Positions 38,561 through 49,052 of a DNA stretch of 64,000 nucleotides are shown here, one piece after another. Below the pieces are notes generated by a model. That model ran no database searches and was not told the origin of the DNA. It was given only the letters and a program-made list of their open reading frames with translations. Position 1 is the stretch's first letter, and every line of letters begins with the position of its first letter. Position numbers and translations under genes: made by a program. Source of the DNA: Candidatus Giovannonibacteria bacterium RIFCSPLOWO2_02_FULL_45_28 (GTDB taxonomy: Bacteria; Patescibacteriota; Minisyncoccia; UBA11713; 2-01-FULL-45-33); contig MFIM01000005.1 of assembly GCA_001780725.1 (NCBI GenBank), positions 2,127-66,126 on the forward strand, read 5' to 3'.

Positions 38561-39460
38561 TTAAACTAGCTCGGCAATCAAAATAATAGTGCCGGGTCTT
38601 TTAAGCAAAATTGATATAAAGAACACAACGGCAAGCAACGGCGAAAATAACACGATAAGGAAAACAGATAAAATGCCTAATAAAATTAATTTCGTCCCGC
38701 CCTCTTCCGCCCTGCGGTTTGCAACTAAGCTATAAAGGGCGTTTTTGGGCATAAAGAAATTTAAAAACGTTTGCGCTAGAGACGGAATGCTGTACCCGGG
38801 ATTAAAATAGTCAATAGAAACAACCCTGAAACCGGCCCTACGAAGCATCATGCTTAAGGATTCCGGAGTAAAATGCACGCGATGATACGGCCAGTCGTAA
38901 CAAAACCACCGAGAACGCGCGATGGCAGCCTCGATGCTATCGCCGTTGGGAATAGCTATCAGAACTTTCGCGTTTTTTGCCAAGTATTTCTTGCACGCTT
39001 CAAAATCGCGAAGCGGCTGGTTTGTGTGTTCCAAGCTATGCCAGAACGTTATAAGGCCGTACTTCTTGTCCGGTATTGCGCCGTAAACAGGAAGATTGTT
39101 TTTTTGCGCAAGAAATACTGCCGAAGGAGAAGGATCAAACCCGTCCACGCAAAATCCGCGCTTTCTTAAATAGGAAACCATTTTCCCGCCGCCACAACCG
39201 TAATCCAAAATCCAGCTATTTTTGGAAATAAGCTTTTTAATTTTTAACGCATAAAGAAACGGGAATATCAGAAATATTTTCCCGATCGCCGAACCCAAAA
39301 ACGCCGGCGCTGCGCGTTCCGCAAAATAAGTTTCTTCATATTTAGGGTACGAGGTCTCGGCATTAAAATATCCTCCGCAATTTTGGCAGTGAAAAAAATG
39401 CTCCAAGTGCTTCGCCGGAAAATACTTTTCTGCTCTATCGCCGCACATGGAACACGTCAT
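38561..39460 (-). CDS. Class I methyltransferase with N-terminal zinc ribbon
   Basis: CSMC..CQNC, LDYGCGGG, WHSLEH and PYH motifs. Start at the ATGA overlap. Confidence 0.82.
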   Translation of the reverse strand: MTCSMCGDRAEKYFPAKHLEHFFHCQNCGGYFNAETSYPKYEETYFAERAAPAFLGSAIGKIFLIFPFLYALKIKKLISKNSWILDYGCGGGKMVSYLRKRGFCVDGFDPSPSAVFLAQKNNLPVYGAIPDKKYGLITFWHSLEHTNQPLRDFEACKKYLAKNAKVLIAIPNGDSIEAAIARSRWFCYDWPYHRVHFTPESLSMMLRRAGFRVVSIDYFNPGYSIPSLAQTFLNFFMPKNALYSLVANRRAEEGGTKLILLGILSVFLIVLFSPLLAVVFFISILLKRPGTIILIAELV

Positions 39461-40323
39461 GGCCGTATTTCTTTTAAATAATCTGCCAGCGCTTCTTGCC
39501 ACGGGCGCATTGGGGCCAAACCCAGCTCCATAAGCCTTTTATTTTCCAGCGCTACGAATTTTGGGCGGAGAACCTTGCTGCCGCTCTTCCGGGTAGATTG
39601 CGGCATGATTTTTGCCGATAAGCCGGCTAAAGAAAAAATTTCTTTCGCAAACTCGTAGCGGCTGCAGACGCTGGCGTTAGTAATGTGATATATGCCGGAA
39701 GGCGCGTTTTTTTCTTCGAGCAATTCCTTGATTTTTAAAGCCAGGTCGCCGGCGTAAGTGGGCTTTCCGTATTGGTCGTCAACCATGTTTATTTCTTCTC
39801 TGTTTTGCGCGGCCTGCAACATTTTTTTTACAAAATTATGGCTGCCGGCATCACTGCTTGTGCCAAAAAGCCAGCTGGTGCGAATTATAATGCTGGATGG
39901 GCAGGCCGCTTGAACCAGCTGTTCGCCAGCAAATTTAGATGCTCCGTATGCATTTATTGGCCGCGCAGGATCGGTCTCGCTGTAAAATTCCAGTTCACCG
40001 TCAAAAACGTAATCAGTGCTTATGTGGACAAAACGCGCACCTATAGAATCGGCGCTTTTTGCTAAATAAAACGGTCCCGAAGCGTTTACGGCAAAAGCCG
40101 CCTTGATATTTTCTTCAGCAAGCTCTACTTGATTATATGCGGCGCAATTGATAATAATCTGCGGGGCGTGCGCCGCTATCGTTTTGGCGACTTCCGCGCG
40201 GTCTGTTATGTCCAACTCGCTCTTGCCTAAAGGTAAAACTTTATAGCCGAAAGATAAAAACAGCTTCGTTATAGAAAATCCAAGCTGGCCGTTAGCGCCC
40301 GTGATAAGCAAGGAAATCGGCAT
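39457..40323 (-). CDS. rmlD: dTDP-4-dehydrorhamnose reductase
   Basis: GANGQLG, ISTDYVFDG, YGASK, RTSW and DQYGKPT motifs. Confidence 0.9.
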   Translation of the reverse strand: MPISLLITGANGQLGFSITKLFLSFGYKVLPLGKSELDITDRAEVAKTIAAHAPQIIINCAAYNQVELAEENIKAAFAVNASGPFYLAKSADSIGARFVHISTDYVFDGELEFYSETDPARPINAYGASKFAGEQLVQAACPSSIIIRTSWLFGTSSDAGSHNFVKKMLQAAQNREEINMVDDQYGKPTYAGDLALKIKELLEEKNAPSGIYHITNASVCSRYEFAKEIFSLAGLSAKIMPQSTRKSGSKVLRPKFVALENKRLMELGLAPMRPWQEALADYLKEIRP

Positions 40324-40333
40324 ATTCTGTGTT

Positions 40334-41383
40334 TTAATAATAATCTGCTTTTTCCTGCCGACGATAGTGTTCAATGAATAATTTATCGCGTTTTATTTTT
40401 CCCCACCAATTTTTATTTTCTAAGTACCACTGGACCGTGCTTTTTAAAGCGCTGTCAAAATCGTGTTCCAAAGACCACCCGAGCTCGCGAGAAGATTTTG
40501 CCGTATCCGGCGCGTAGCGCAAATCCGCTCCGGGCCGGTCATTGGTATGCGATTTATAATGGTCAAGAGGATGAGGCAAATTTAAAGCCGAGCGCACGGA
40601 TTCCAAAACTTGCAAATTGGTTCTTGGCACGCCACCAATATTATAGATATTATAATCTTTGCCGCGATGTATGGCCAAATCAATGCCATTGCAAAAATCA
40701 AATACGTAAATCCAATGCCGAACGTGTGCGCCAGATCCGTGGATGGGTATCTTTTCCCCGTCCAAAAAATTAGATATGGCCAAAGGGATAAGTTTTTCCG
40801 GATATTGATACGGCCCGAAATTGTTTGAGCCGCGGACAATCAAAGCAGGAAGCTTGTGGCTCCGCATATAAGATTTTATAATCACGTCTGCGCCAGCTTT
40901 TGAAGCGGCATAAGGGTTGGATGGATTAAGAGCCGCTTCCTCCGCAGAATATCCCTCCGGCACATCGCCATAAACCTCATCGGTAGATATCTGTACAAAT
41001 CTCGGAATTTTATATCTCCGGCATTCTTCAGTAAGAGCGTGCGTTCCCATAATATTCGTATGAATAAAATCGTACGACGCATATAAAGATCGGTCCACAT
41101 GGGACTCCGCAGCAAAATTAACCACAATATCCAGCTTTTCATTAATAAATATCTGTTCCAAAAGATTCTTATCGCCAATATCTCCGTGAATAAAACTGTA
41201 ACGGCTGCTGCTTTCCGCAACGCCGAGCTCTCGCCGTTCAATATCCGCCAAATTATCTCGGTTGCCGGAGTAAGTCAAAAGATCCAGATTAATTAATTTG
41301 TAATCAGGATATTTATTGTAAAGATAACGGACAAAATTGGAGCCGATAAATCCGCAGCCGCCGCATACCAGTATCGTTTTCAT
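40334..41383 (-). CDS. rmlB: dTDP-glucose 4,6-dehydratase
   Basis: GGCGFIG, AAESHVDRS, STDEVYG, YAASK and PEKLIP motifs. Start MKTIL. Confidence 0.92.
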   Translation of the reverse strand: MKTILVCGGCGFIGSNFVRYLYNKYPDYKLINLDLLTYSGNRDNLADIERRELGVAESSSRYSFIHGDIGDKNLLEQIFINEKLDIVVNFAAESHVDRSLYASYDFIHTNIMGTHALTEECRRYKIPRFVQISTDEVYGDVPEGYSAEEAALNPSNPYAASKAGADVIIKSYMRSHKLPALIVRGSNNFGPYQYPEKLIPLAISNFLDGEKIPIHGSGAHVRHWIYVFDFCNGIDLAIHRGKDYNIYNIGGVPRTNLQVLESVRSALNLPHPLDHYKSHTNDRPGADLRYAPDTAKSSRELGWSLEHDFDSALKSTVQWYLENKNWWGKIKRDKLFIEHYRRQEKADYY

Positions 41384-41388
41384 GTCAA

Positions 41389-42630
41389 CTAATTTAACAC
41401 GGATTCGCGGATAATGTTTCCTGTCGGTAAAATAAATGCGCCTCCGCCGCGCAGAAAATCTTTTTCTTTCTCTAAAATTACCGGCAGGTAATTCCAAGCC
41501 AAGAGAAAATAGTATTGAGGCGCATGCTCCAGAGCGAAACTTCTTGCTACCACAGGCAACCTTGCGCCGGGCGTATAAAGTCCTTGTTTGGATGGCAAAT
41601 CATCCAAAGCAAAATCCAATAAATCCGTGCCGATGTTGTAATAGTTAAGCACAGTGTTGCCTTTTGCCGGCGCCCCGTAAGCGGCCAGACGTTTTTGTTG
41701 ATTTTTTAGACGTTTAAGCGTGTTCACAACATCATTCTTGGTTTGAGAAATTTTTTTGCATAAAACCCTATAAGCGTCCGGGTTATTGAGGCCCAGCGCA
41801 ATTTCTTTGTCGGCGCACTGCTCAACACCGCTTCCCAGAGAATGCGCGCCCTTGTGCCCGACAAAAACCCTGATAGATTGGCCTTGCGCCTGAACTATTT
41901 TTACGTCAAATATTTCCAAACCAAACTTAGCAAAAAGATATTTCAGCGGCCTTACTGACAAATAAGACAAATGTTCGTGATAAATTGTATCAAAAGCCAA
42001 GTTTTCAAACATATCCGCCAAATAAGGCGCCTCAAAAACAAAAACTCCGTCAGGCGATAAAAGAGTTTTTACCCCGGCGCAAAGATCGTCGTAATCATTA
42101 ATGTGAGCTACAACATTATTGCCCAAAATCGCTTTGGCCTTGCCGTGTTTTTGGACGATGTCTTCCGCCAGCGCCGAGCTGAAAAAATCGGCCACTGTCG
42201 GTACGCCGCGAGTTTGGGCAATCATAGCAATATTTTTAGCCGGATCTACGCCCAAGACGCGGAATTTTTTCTCTTTGAAAAATTGCAATAAAATCCCGTC
42301 GTTGCTGCCCATCTCCACAACAAAATCACCCGGCGTTTTCAAAAATTTGTTTATGACGTCTTCCGCATATTTTTTAAAGTGATCCGAAAGCCTTGGCATA
42401 CCGGAAGAAAAATATATATAATCCGAAAAAAGCAGTTCTTTGCTGACAACATGGACAAGCTGGGCAAGATTGCAATTTGCGCACAAATAAACAACCAAAG
42501 GAAAGCGTTGCTCGGGATTATCAAGCTCGTCAGCGCGCAAAAAAGCGTTGGCAAGAGGCTGTTTGCCCAAATCTATTACCGGCAAAAGATTATTGCTTTT
42601 ACAAATTCTGCAGTTTGAATTTACAGTCAT
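41389..42630 (-). CDS. NDP-hexose C-methyltransferase
   Basis: CRIC...CANC zinc motif, EMGSNDG, YHEH and YGAPAKG (NovU/TylC3/EryBIII family). Confidence 0.88.
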   Translation of the reverse strand: MTVNSNCRICKSNNLLPVIDLGKQPLANAFLRADELDNPEQRFPLVVYLCANCNLAQLVHVVSKELLFSDYIYFSSGMPRLSDHFKKYAEDVINKFLKTPGDFVVEMGSNDGILLQFFKEKKFRVLGVDPAKNIAMIAQTRGVPTVADFFSSALAEDIVQKHGKAKAILGNNVVAHINDYDDLCAGVKTLLSPDGVFVFEAPYLADMFENLAFDTIYHEHLSYLSVRPLKYLFAKFGLEIFDVKIVQAQGQSIRVFVGHKGAHSLGSGVEQCADKEIALGLNNPDAYRVLCKKISQTKNDVVNTLKRLKNQQKRLAAYGAPAKGNTVLNYYNIGTDLLDFALDDLPSKQGLYTPGARLPVVARSFALEHAPQYYFLLAWNYLPVILEKEKDFLRGGGAFILPTGNIIRESVLN

Positions 42631-43363
42631 AATTTTTTTTCCGCCCTATTTTTTCTAATAACATTTTAACCCAAAAAACCAAAATAAAAACCAGCAATTT
42701 TACGCCCCACTTGGCTACGTCGCTGAATTTTCCGGTGACGGCCGATTTGCCGGTCCTTTTCCGAAAAGCAACTGGTATTTCAACAAACGGAATGTTGCGC
42801 GAAGCAACATGCAAAGTAATTTCCGTAACAAAATGAGAGTCTCCTTTTATCCATTTCGGCTCTAAATTTTTAATCACCTCGCGCCTTAATAATTTGTAAG
42901 TGCATCCGACGTCCGTCAACGTATCTGTCCAAAACAGATATTCAATAAGCTTGGCCTCCAAAACATCAGCGATCCTGCGCAAATAAAACATTCCCGTTCC
43001 GGGGTCGATTAGGCTGGTGTTTGTGCGCGTCCCCAAAACAACAGGGAATTCGTCGCCGTAAGAAAGAAATTTATAAACATCTGCCGGATTAAAAGTGCCA
43101 TCACCCTCACAAAGTATCACATAATCGCCCGCGGCCTCGCGCATGCCTTTTTGAAGCGCGTGACCATGGCCTTGTTTTTTTTCAAAAACAAGCCGCGCTC
43201 TTGTTTTCCGCACCTCTTCTATGCTCCCGGGTTCCGCGTTATTGTCCACGACAACCACTTCGTCCACAACTCCGGTTTTAAAAAAACCATCAATCGTTTC
43301 GCGAATTGAATCTTTCTCATTGTAACTTGTCAGCACCACAGAAACTTTTTTGTTATGCCACAT
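42599..43363 (-). CDS. GT2 glycosyltransferase (polyprenol-phosphate glycosyltransferase-like)
   Basis: VVDN, EGDG (DxD variant) and TDVGC motifs, with a C-terminal TM segment. Confidence 0.82.
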   Translation of the reverse strand: MWHNKKVSVVLTSYNEKDSIRETIDGFFKTGVVDEVVVVDNNAEPGSIEEVRKTRARLVFEKKQGHGHALQKGMREAAGDYVILCEGDGTFNPADVYKFLSYGDEFPVVLGTRTNTSLIDPGTGMFYLRRIADVLEAKLIEYLFWTDTLTDVGCTYKLLRREVIKNLEPKWIKGDSHFVTEITLHVASRNIPFVEIPVAFRKRTGKSAVTGKFSDVAKWGVKLLVFILVFWVKMLLEKIGRKKNYDCKFKLQNL

Positions 43364-43364
43364 G

Positions 43365-44492
43365 CTAGCCGTCAACAATATTATTAACGGTGTCTATAAC
43401 ATAAGAAATCTCTTCTTGAGCAAGCTTTTGATAAAAAGGCAGAGTGATGGTTGAGGCGCCGATGTTCTCCGCTACAGGAAAATCTCCTTCTTTGTAGCCA
43501 TATTTTTCGCGGTAGTATCGCATAAGATGTATAGGCCGAAAATTAACCGCCACGCCGACACTTGCTTCCTGTAGCGCGTGTAGATATTCATCGCGCCTTA
43601 GAGAGTTGACAAAAATAGTATAGAGATGGCGGGCGTGTCTGGAATTTACCAAAACGGCCGGTTTAGAAATATATGGGTTCCCGCTGAAACCGTTGTCATA
43701 TATCCGCGCAATTGCTTCTTTTTTTGCTAAAAATCCGTCAAGATTGTCAATTTGGTGAACAAGCAAAGCCGCCAAAATATTGCTTAAGTTGCATTTAAAA
43801 CCCAAAAATTCCATATCATAATGCTTATAAAGCTTATTGTAGCGGTCTTCCGCGGATTTATCTAAACCATGGAGACGGGCTCTCATCAGCCAATCGTAAG
43901 TTTCTTGATCATTGCAAGTCAGTGCGCCACCCTCGCCACAGCTAAGATTTTTTGTTGCGTAAAAACTGTAGCAGGCAACGTCACCGAATTGACCAACACC
44001 GATGCCGTCCCTTTTCCCTTCAATGCAATGCGCGGCATCTTCAACAACCTTCAAATTATATTTATCAGCAATTGCCCTAATTTTTTTCATATCGCACATC
44101 TGCCCATAAAGATGAACTAAAATTATAGCTTTGGTTCTTGGAGTAATAGCGCTTTCAATTAAATTTGCGTTAATGTTGCCGATGGCTTTTTCAACATCAA
44201 CAAATACAGGTTTTGCTCCGACCGCCTCAACAGCGTTTGCGGTTGCAACAAAAGACATCGGCGTAGTAATAACCTCATCTCCCGGGCCAATGCCATATCT
44301 GCGCACCGCAAGCTCCAATGCATTCGTGCAAGAAGCAACCCCGACCGCATGCTTGTTGCCGGTATAAACGGCAAATTTTTTCTCAAACTCCTTGGTCCAA
44401 TCACCGCTGGTTAAAAATATAGAATCAAGAACGCGCCGCGCCTCGTCTTTATCCGCATTGCTTAAATTATGCTTGTAAAATTCTATTTTCAT
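43365..44492 (-). CDS. DegT/ArnB family aminotransferase
   Basis: EDAAH and SFYATKNLSCGEGG motifs. Confidence 0.88.
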   Translation of the reverse strand: MKIEFYKHNLSNADKDEARRVLDSIFLTSGDWTKEFEKKFAVYTGNKHAVGVASCTNALELAVRRYGIGPGDEVITTPMSFVATANAVEAVGAKPVFVDVEKAIGNINANLIESAITPRTKAIILVHLYGQMCDMKKIRAIADKYNLKVVEDAAHCIEGKRDGIGVGQFGDVACYSFYATKNLSCGEGGALTCNDQETYDWLMRARLHGLDKSAEDRYNKLYKHYDMEFLGFKCNLSNILAALLVHQIDNLDGFLAKKEAIARIYDNGFSGNPYISKPAVLVNSRHARHLYTIFVNSLRRDEYLHALQEASVGVAVNFRPIHLMRYYREKYGYKEGDFPVAENIGASTITLPFYQKLAQEEISYVIDTVNNIVDG

Positions 44493-44495
44493 TTT

Positions 44496-45227
44496 TTAAA
44501 AATGCTTATGATAAACAAGTTCTACGTTTTGTGTAATAAAACCGTTTTTTTGGTAAAAAATGTTGGCTTGAAGATTCTCTCCTTCGGTAACAACAAAAAT
44601 ATTTTTGATATTTTTACTTTTAAAATACTCAATGCTTCTGCTTGCCAACACACCTCCCAAGCCAATGCCTTGATAATTTTCACCAACGCCTATTAAATCT
44701 ATATAACCAGCCGCCTCCTTGATTTTTAAAGTAATCAAACCAGCCAATCTGCCGCCTCTCATAACCATAAAACACTCATCGGCATATCCTTTTAGGCTGT
44801 TTTCAATCCAACGAACATACAATCGCTCAGCATAAATTTTAGGAATGGCGCTGTCGTGAAAGTAACGGCTGGTTGCGCCGATTATCCTGGCAAACCTTAA
44901 AATGTCCGGCTTGGAAATTTTTGGCTTATCCTTAGAATATTGTAAAACTTTAAATCTGTCATCCAGTTTTTGCGTGGAGCGCGCAGTATAACCGCTGCCT
45001 GCCAGCTTATAAGTATTTCTTATGCTCAAAAAATTAAACTTCAAATTCTCAAGCGCAAAGATATTCTTTGCAAGAAAATCCGAAAAACAAAAAACGCTGT
45101 CAACGCTATGCCGCTTGAGCAAGCTTGCTATTTTTTTTTCGCCGCCACTATCTCCTTTTAAATACAGTTTAAAAACGTTCCTATGCATTATATCCGAATC
45201 AAAATTGTCTTTATAAAAGTCAGCCAT
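44496..45227 (-). CDS. WecD-like NDP-amino-sugar acetyltransferase (GNAT)
   Basis: SRYFHD, IDLIGV...QGIGLG and FYQKNGF motifs. Confidence 0.75.
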   Translation of the reverse strand: MADFYKDNFDSDIMHRNVFKLYLKGDSGGEKKIASLLKRHSVDSVFCFSDFLAKNIFALENLKFNFLSIRNTYKLAGSGYTARSTQKLDDRFKVLQYSKDKPKISKPDILRFARIIGATSRYFHDSAIPKIYAERLYVRWIENSLKGYADECFMVMRGGRLAGLITLKIKEAAGYIDLIGVGENYQGIGLGGVLASRSIEYFKSKNIKNIFVVTEGENLQANIFYQKNGFITQNVELVYHKHF

Positions 45228-46149
45228 GTAAATATTTTTTAATGATGTAAAGCGGCCTATTTTTGTCCTCTATGTAATTTCTGCCAACATACTCCCCGAT
45301 TACTCCTAGCATAATAGTTTGCATGCCGCCAATGACCAACACGGCGACTATCAAGGAGCTCCACCCCAAAACGGGCACGCCGTAAATAAATTTTTTATAA
45401 ATAATATAAATACCCGCCAAAAACGACAATACCATTAAAAACAAACCAACGCGAGTAATTAATTTAAGCGGGTAATTGGAAAAAGAAAAAATCGCGTCCA
45501 ACGCCAAAGACATGCGTTTTGATAAATTATATTTACCCTTTCCGCCATATCTTTCCCCGTGCTCAACTTCCGCTGCGGCATGTTTAAAACCAACCCATCC
45601 GACAACGCCAATAATATATCTATTTCTTTCCCTCAATAATTTTACATTATCAGCCACCTGCTTGGTCATTATGCGAAAAATCGTGCTGTTTATTACTATT
45701 GGCTCATTTATTAATTTTTTAATCGCAATGTTAAACGCTTTTGAAAGCCAATTTTGTATGTAACCGAATTTTTTGTTCATCCTTTCTGCATAAACAACAT
45801 CGTATCCGTCCGTCAGCTTGTTGTATAATTTAATAATTTCCTCCGGCTGATCCTGCAGGTCTCCGTCCATCATAACCACAAAATCTCCCTTAGCAACATC
45901 CGAGCCGGCGGTAAGGGCAATATGGTGGCCGAAGTTGCGGCTAAACTGAATAACTTGCAAATTTTTATCCAGTACATGCAGTTTTTCCAAGATGCGCGGC
46001 GACTCGTCAACGCTTCCATCGTCTATAAAAATGATTTCGTAGCTGAAGCCTGAAAAATCTGCGACCAAAACAAGCTTCAATCTTCTATAAAATTCTTCAA
46101 TTATATGCGCTTCATTATAAATAGGGATAACGAAAGATATTTTGGGCAT
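45220..46149 (-). CDS. GT2, GtrB/ArnC-like polyprenol-phosphate glycosyltransferase
   Basis: DDGS, SRNFGH, MDGDLQDQP, two C-terminal TMs and GEYVGR...RPLY. Confidence 0.88.
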   Translation of the reverse strand: MPKISFVIPIYNEAHIIEEFYRRLKLVLVADFSGFSYEIIFIDDGSVDESPRILEKLHVLDKNLQVIQFSRNFGHHIALTAGSDVAKGDFVVMMDGDLQDQPEEIIKLYNKLTDGYDVVYAERMNKKFGYIQNWLSKAFNIAIKKLINEPIVINSTIFRIMTKQVADNVKLLRERNRYIIGVVGWVGFKHAAAEVEHGERYGGKGKYNLSKRMSLALDAIFSFSNYPLKLITRVGLFLMVLSFLAGIYIIYKKFIYGVPVLGWSSLIVAVLVIGGMQTIMLGVIGEYVGRNYIEDKNRPLYIIKKYLHG

Positions 46150-46163
46150 ATTTTAAAATGTGT

Positions 46164-47813
46164 TTATGTTTTTCTAATAAGAAAATTGCCCATAACCAGC
46201 GCGTCAAGGCCGGTTGAACTAAAACAGCGAAAAGCGTCTTTCGGAGTCGCGACAATCGGCTCATTAGCGTCGTTAAAAGAAGTATTCAAAAGGACAGGAA
46301 TTTTTTTGCGTTTTTCAAATTCTTTAAGCAATTTGTAGCATCGTGGATTTTGCGCGCGGTTTACGGTTTGCATGCGTGAACTTCCGTCAACGTGCGTAAT
46401 CGCCGGCAAAAGCGATCTAGCGCTCTTTTTGACGTAAAAAGTAAGCAGCATAAAAGGGCTTTTGGCGTAATTTTCAAAATATTTTTCCCCGTCTTCCTCT
46501 GCCACGACTGGCGCAAACGGCCGCCAAGGCTCGCGATGTTTGACATAATTGTTAACCTTGTCGTTCATGCCGTGCATCGACGGATCCGCGAGAATTGAGC
46601 GGTTGCAAAGCGCGCGCGGTCCCAGCTCCATGCGCCCCTGAAACCAGCCGACTATTTTACCTCCCGCCAGCAAACCGGCGGTAATTGCTTCAATGTTTTC
46701 GTGAAATTCATATCGCATTTTGGTTTCTTTAAGAAATTTTTCAATTTCGTTATTGCTAAACTCCGGGCCAAAATAAGCGTGCTCCATTTTAAAATTCGGC
46801 GATCCGCCAAACCGCGCCGCGGCTTCCAAAGCGGCGCCCAAAGCCGTCCCGCTGTCGTTGGCGGCTGGCTGTATAAAAATCTTGTCGCAAAAATCCGCGT
46901 TGGCGATTTTGCTGTTCATATTGCAATTTAGGGCAACGCCTCCCGCAAGGCAAAAATTGCGGATTCCGGTGAAAGCGTGTGCTTCGCGCGCTAAATTGAA
47001 AATGGATTCTTCCAATCCTTGCTGCAAGCTCGCGGCCAAATTCTTATGCTCCTCGGTCAAATCTTCTTTGGCGCTTTTTCGCTCCAGATGGCCGTACAAA
47101 CCGGAAACTTTGTCGCGGTCAATATTATAATCATTATGCGATCTGATGTTTAAAATTGAAGAAAAATCATGTTTGGGAGAGCCGTAACTCGCAAGCCCCA
47201 TAGTTTTGCCTTCGCCATGCGTGCCAAGATTCAAAAAATTTGTAACGCGGCTATATACCAAACCGATTGAGTTTCTTTTTTTTCCCCCCAAAAATCCATC
47301 CAGTTTAATATCCCAAATTTTTTTAATTTTATTTCCGCGGCCGACGAAAAAAGTAAGTGTTTCTATCTCCCCGGACGCGTCAATCGTTAAAATATTGGCT
47401 TCAGAAAAACCGGAGCACCGGTAAGAACTCGCGGCGTGCGCAAGGTGGTGCGGGATATAAACCACTCTCGCATTAGGAAACTCGCGCTTCGCGTTTCTTC
47501 TCCAATATTCAAAAATTCCGGCGTTTATAGCGCGCTTTCCAAAAGCTCTCGCGCCAAAACCGCTAAACGGATGTTTAAAGGCCAAATAAGGGTCTTGGGA
47601 TACGGCAATAATATCAATGTTTTTTTTATCAATCCCGCCCTCTTTCAGGCAATACTCAACAGCTTGATAAGGATAGCCGCGAGAATGCCGGACCCGGTTA
47701 AACCGCTCCTCCTCCGCAGTGGCCGCTAAAACGCCGTCTTTCACTAAAGCGGCCGCGCTGTCATGCAACCACGCCAGCATCCCGGGAATTTGATTGATGC
47801 CCAAAACATTCAT
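46164..47813 (-). CDS. O-carbamoyltransferase (NodU/CmcH/NovN family)
   Basis: HDSAA, EEERF, HHLAHAAS, GGVALN, GPRAL, RPFAP and NTSFN motifs. Confidence 0.92.
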   Translation of the reverse strand: MNVLGINQIPGMLAWLHDSAAALVKDGVLAATAEEERFNRVRHSRGYPYQAVEYCLKEGGIDKKNIDIIAVSQDPYLAFKHPFSGFGARAFGKRAINAGIFEYWRRNAKREFPNARVVYIPHHLAHAASSYRCSGFSEANILTIDASGEIETLTFFVGRGNKIKKIWDIKLDGFLGGKKRNSIGLVYSRVTNFLNLGTHGEGKTMGLASYGSPKHDFSSILNIRSHNDYNIDRDKVSGLYGHLERKSAKEDLTEEHKNLAASLQQGLEESIFNLAREAHAFTGIRNFCLAGGVALNCNMNSKIANADFCDKIFIQPAANDSGTALGAALEAAARFGGSPNFKMEHAYFGPEFSNNEIEKFLKETKMRYEFHENIEAITAGLLAGGKIVGWFQGRMELGPRALCNRSILADPSMHGMNDKVNNYVKHREPWRPFAPVVAEEDGEKYFENYAKSPFMLLTFYVKKSARSLLPAITHVDGSSRMQTVNRAQNPRCYKLLKEFEKRKKIPVLLNTSFNDANEPIVATPKDAFRCFSSTGLDALVMGNFLIRKT

Positions 47814-48568
47814 GTTATTTTTTGTGGCGCCGCTTCAACTCCTATGGCGCGGCCGAAATGATTCCCCAATAAAGCATTGAGCGCCTTGCCGACTATGGGC
47901 GGCATAAAATAACTTAGCAAAAATATTGAGAATCCGTATACTTGAATAGAACGTATCTCAAGTCCCGATGACATGCAAAGATCAATAACTTGTTGTTTTG
48001 ACATTTGCCGCCAATAAGGATGTTCATAACGGTCCTCCCAGTGAATCCGTTTTTTAATGCAGGCCGGTACAATTTTTGAAAGTTGCGGAACAGTACGAAA
48101 TATGGGAGTGATAATTCTCTGAATGAAAACGTCCGGAGCGTATTTATGGGAAATGATAAGCTTAATCGTGCCGTCTTTTTTGCACCACCGACGAAATTGT
48201 TCAAGCACTATGCGCGGATTCGGCGTGTGGTGCAAAACATATGTGCAAAATATATAATCAAATGAATTGTCCGGGAGCGATACTGTTTCCAGATCGCACG
48301 CGATGAGCGTGGGGCGAAAACCGAGCGCGTTTGCTTGTTGCCGCACAAACTCTATAGAATTTTCAGATTGATCGATACCGGTTACATCTGCGCCATAAAA
48401 TAAATAATCAAACAAGAAAAAACCGGAACCGCATCCGGCATCAAGCACTTTTTTGCCGCGAATTTGTTTTGGGAGGTCCAACTTTTGCAAAATACCGAAA
48501 TTGGACATCGGATGTTTATTGTAAAATGCGCGAACGTTATTTTTTATTTTCTCTGCTGTTTGGTTCAT
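47810..48568 (-). CDS. Class I SAM-dependent methyltransferase
   Basis: LDAGCGSG and VLHHTP motifs. Confidence 0.82.
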   Translation of the reverse strand: MNQTAEKIKNNVRAFYNKHPMSNFGILQKLDLPKQIRGKKVLDAGCGSGFFLFDYLFYGADVTGIDQSENSIEFVRQQANALGFRPTLIACDLETVSLPDNSFDYIFCTYVLHHTPNPRIVLEQFRRWCKKDGTIKLIISHKYAPDVFIQRIITPIFRTVPQLSKIVPACIKKRIHWEDRYEHPYWRQMSKQQVIDLCMSSGLEIRSIQVYGFSIFLLSYFMPPIVGKALNALLGNHFGRAIGVEAAPQKIT

Positions 48569-48584
48569 AGAATGCAGGCCGGTG

Positions 48585-48642
48585 TTAACTCAACCATTTT
48601 TCGAAATCGGCTAAAATTCGCGCTATCAATAAAAATTTTCAT
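48585..48642 (-). pseudogene. Internally deleted 58-bp remnant of a second transaldolase gene copy
   Basis: The first 29 nt match the start of 49662-50396 at 27/29, and the last 26 nt match its end at 25/26. Confidence 0.85.
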
Positions 48643-49052
48643 ATGGCTGCTTTAACGTAAGAAATAAACTTTTTTACTTGCGGCAAATTATTTTGCAAAA
48701 CGTCGTAAACAACATCCACTCTCAAATCGTGATAATCATGCGCCAAGGCGTTGCGGAATCCGACAATCTTATGAAAATCGGCCAAAAACTCATTTGGGAT
48801 AATTTTTTCTTCTCCCAAAATATCCAGCGCCTCGCGCATTGTGGTTGGCTTCCGAAAATTTTTATAAGCCACCACCGCCTCCGCTAAATCTATAACTGCT
48901 TGAGCAACGATATAAAGCTCACGTTCAACCGCGCTCCTAATCATTAGATTAGTTTCCAAATCTTTTAAAGAATACGTTTTGTAGCTTTCGGCAACTTCTA
49001 GATGCTTGATAATATAACTTATTTGATTTTCTATAATTTGGAGATTGCTCAT
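48639..49052 (-). CDS. hepT: HEPN (DUF86/HepT) RNase toxin
   Basis: RNALAHDY fits the Rx4HxY motif. Confidence 0.85.
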   Translation of the reverse strand: MSNLQIIENQISYIIKHLEVAESYKTYSLKDLETNLMIRSAVERELYIVAQAVIDLAEAVVAYKNFRKPTTMREALDILGEEKIIPNEFLADFHKIVGFRNALAHDYHDLRVDVVYDVLQNNLPQVKKFISYVKAAI

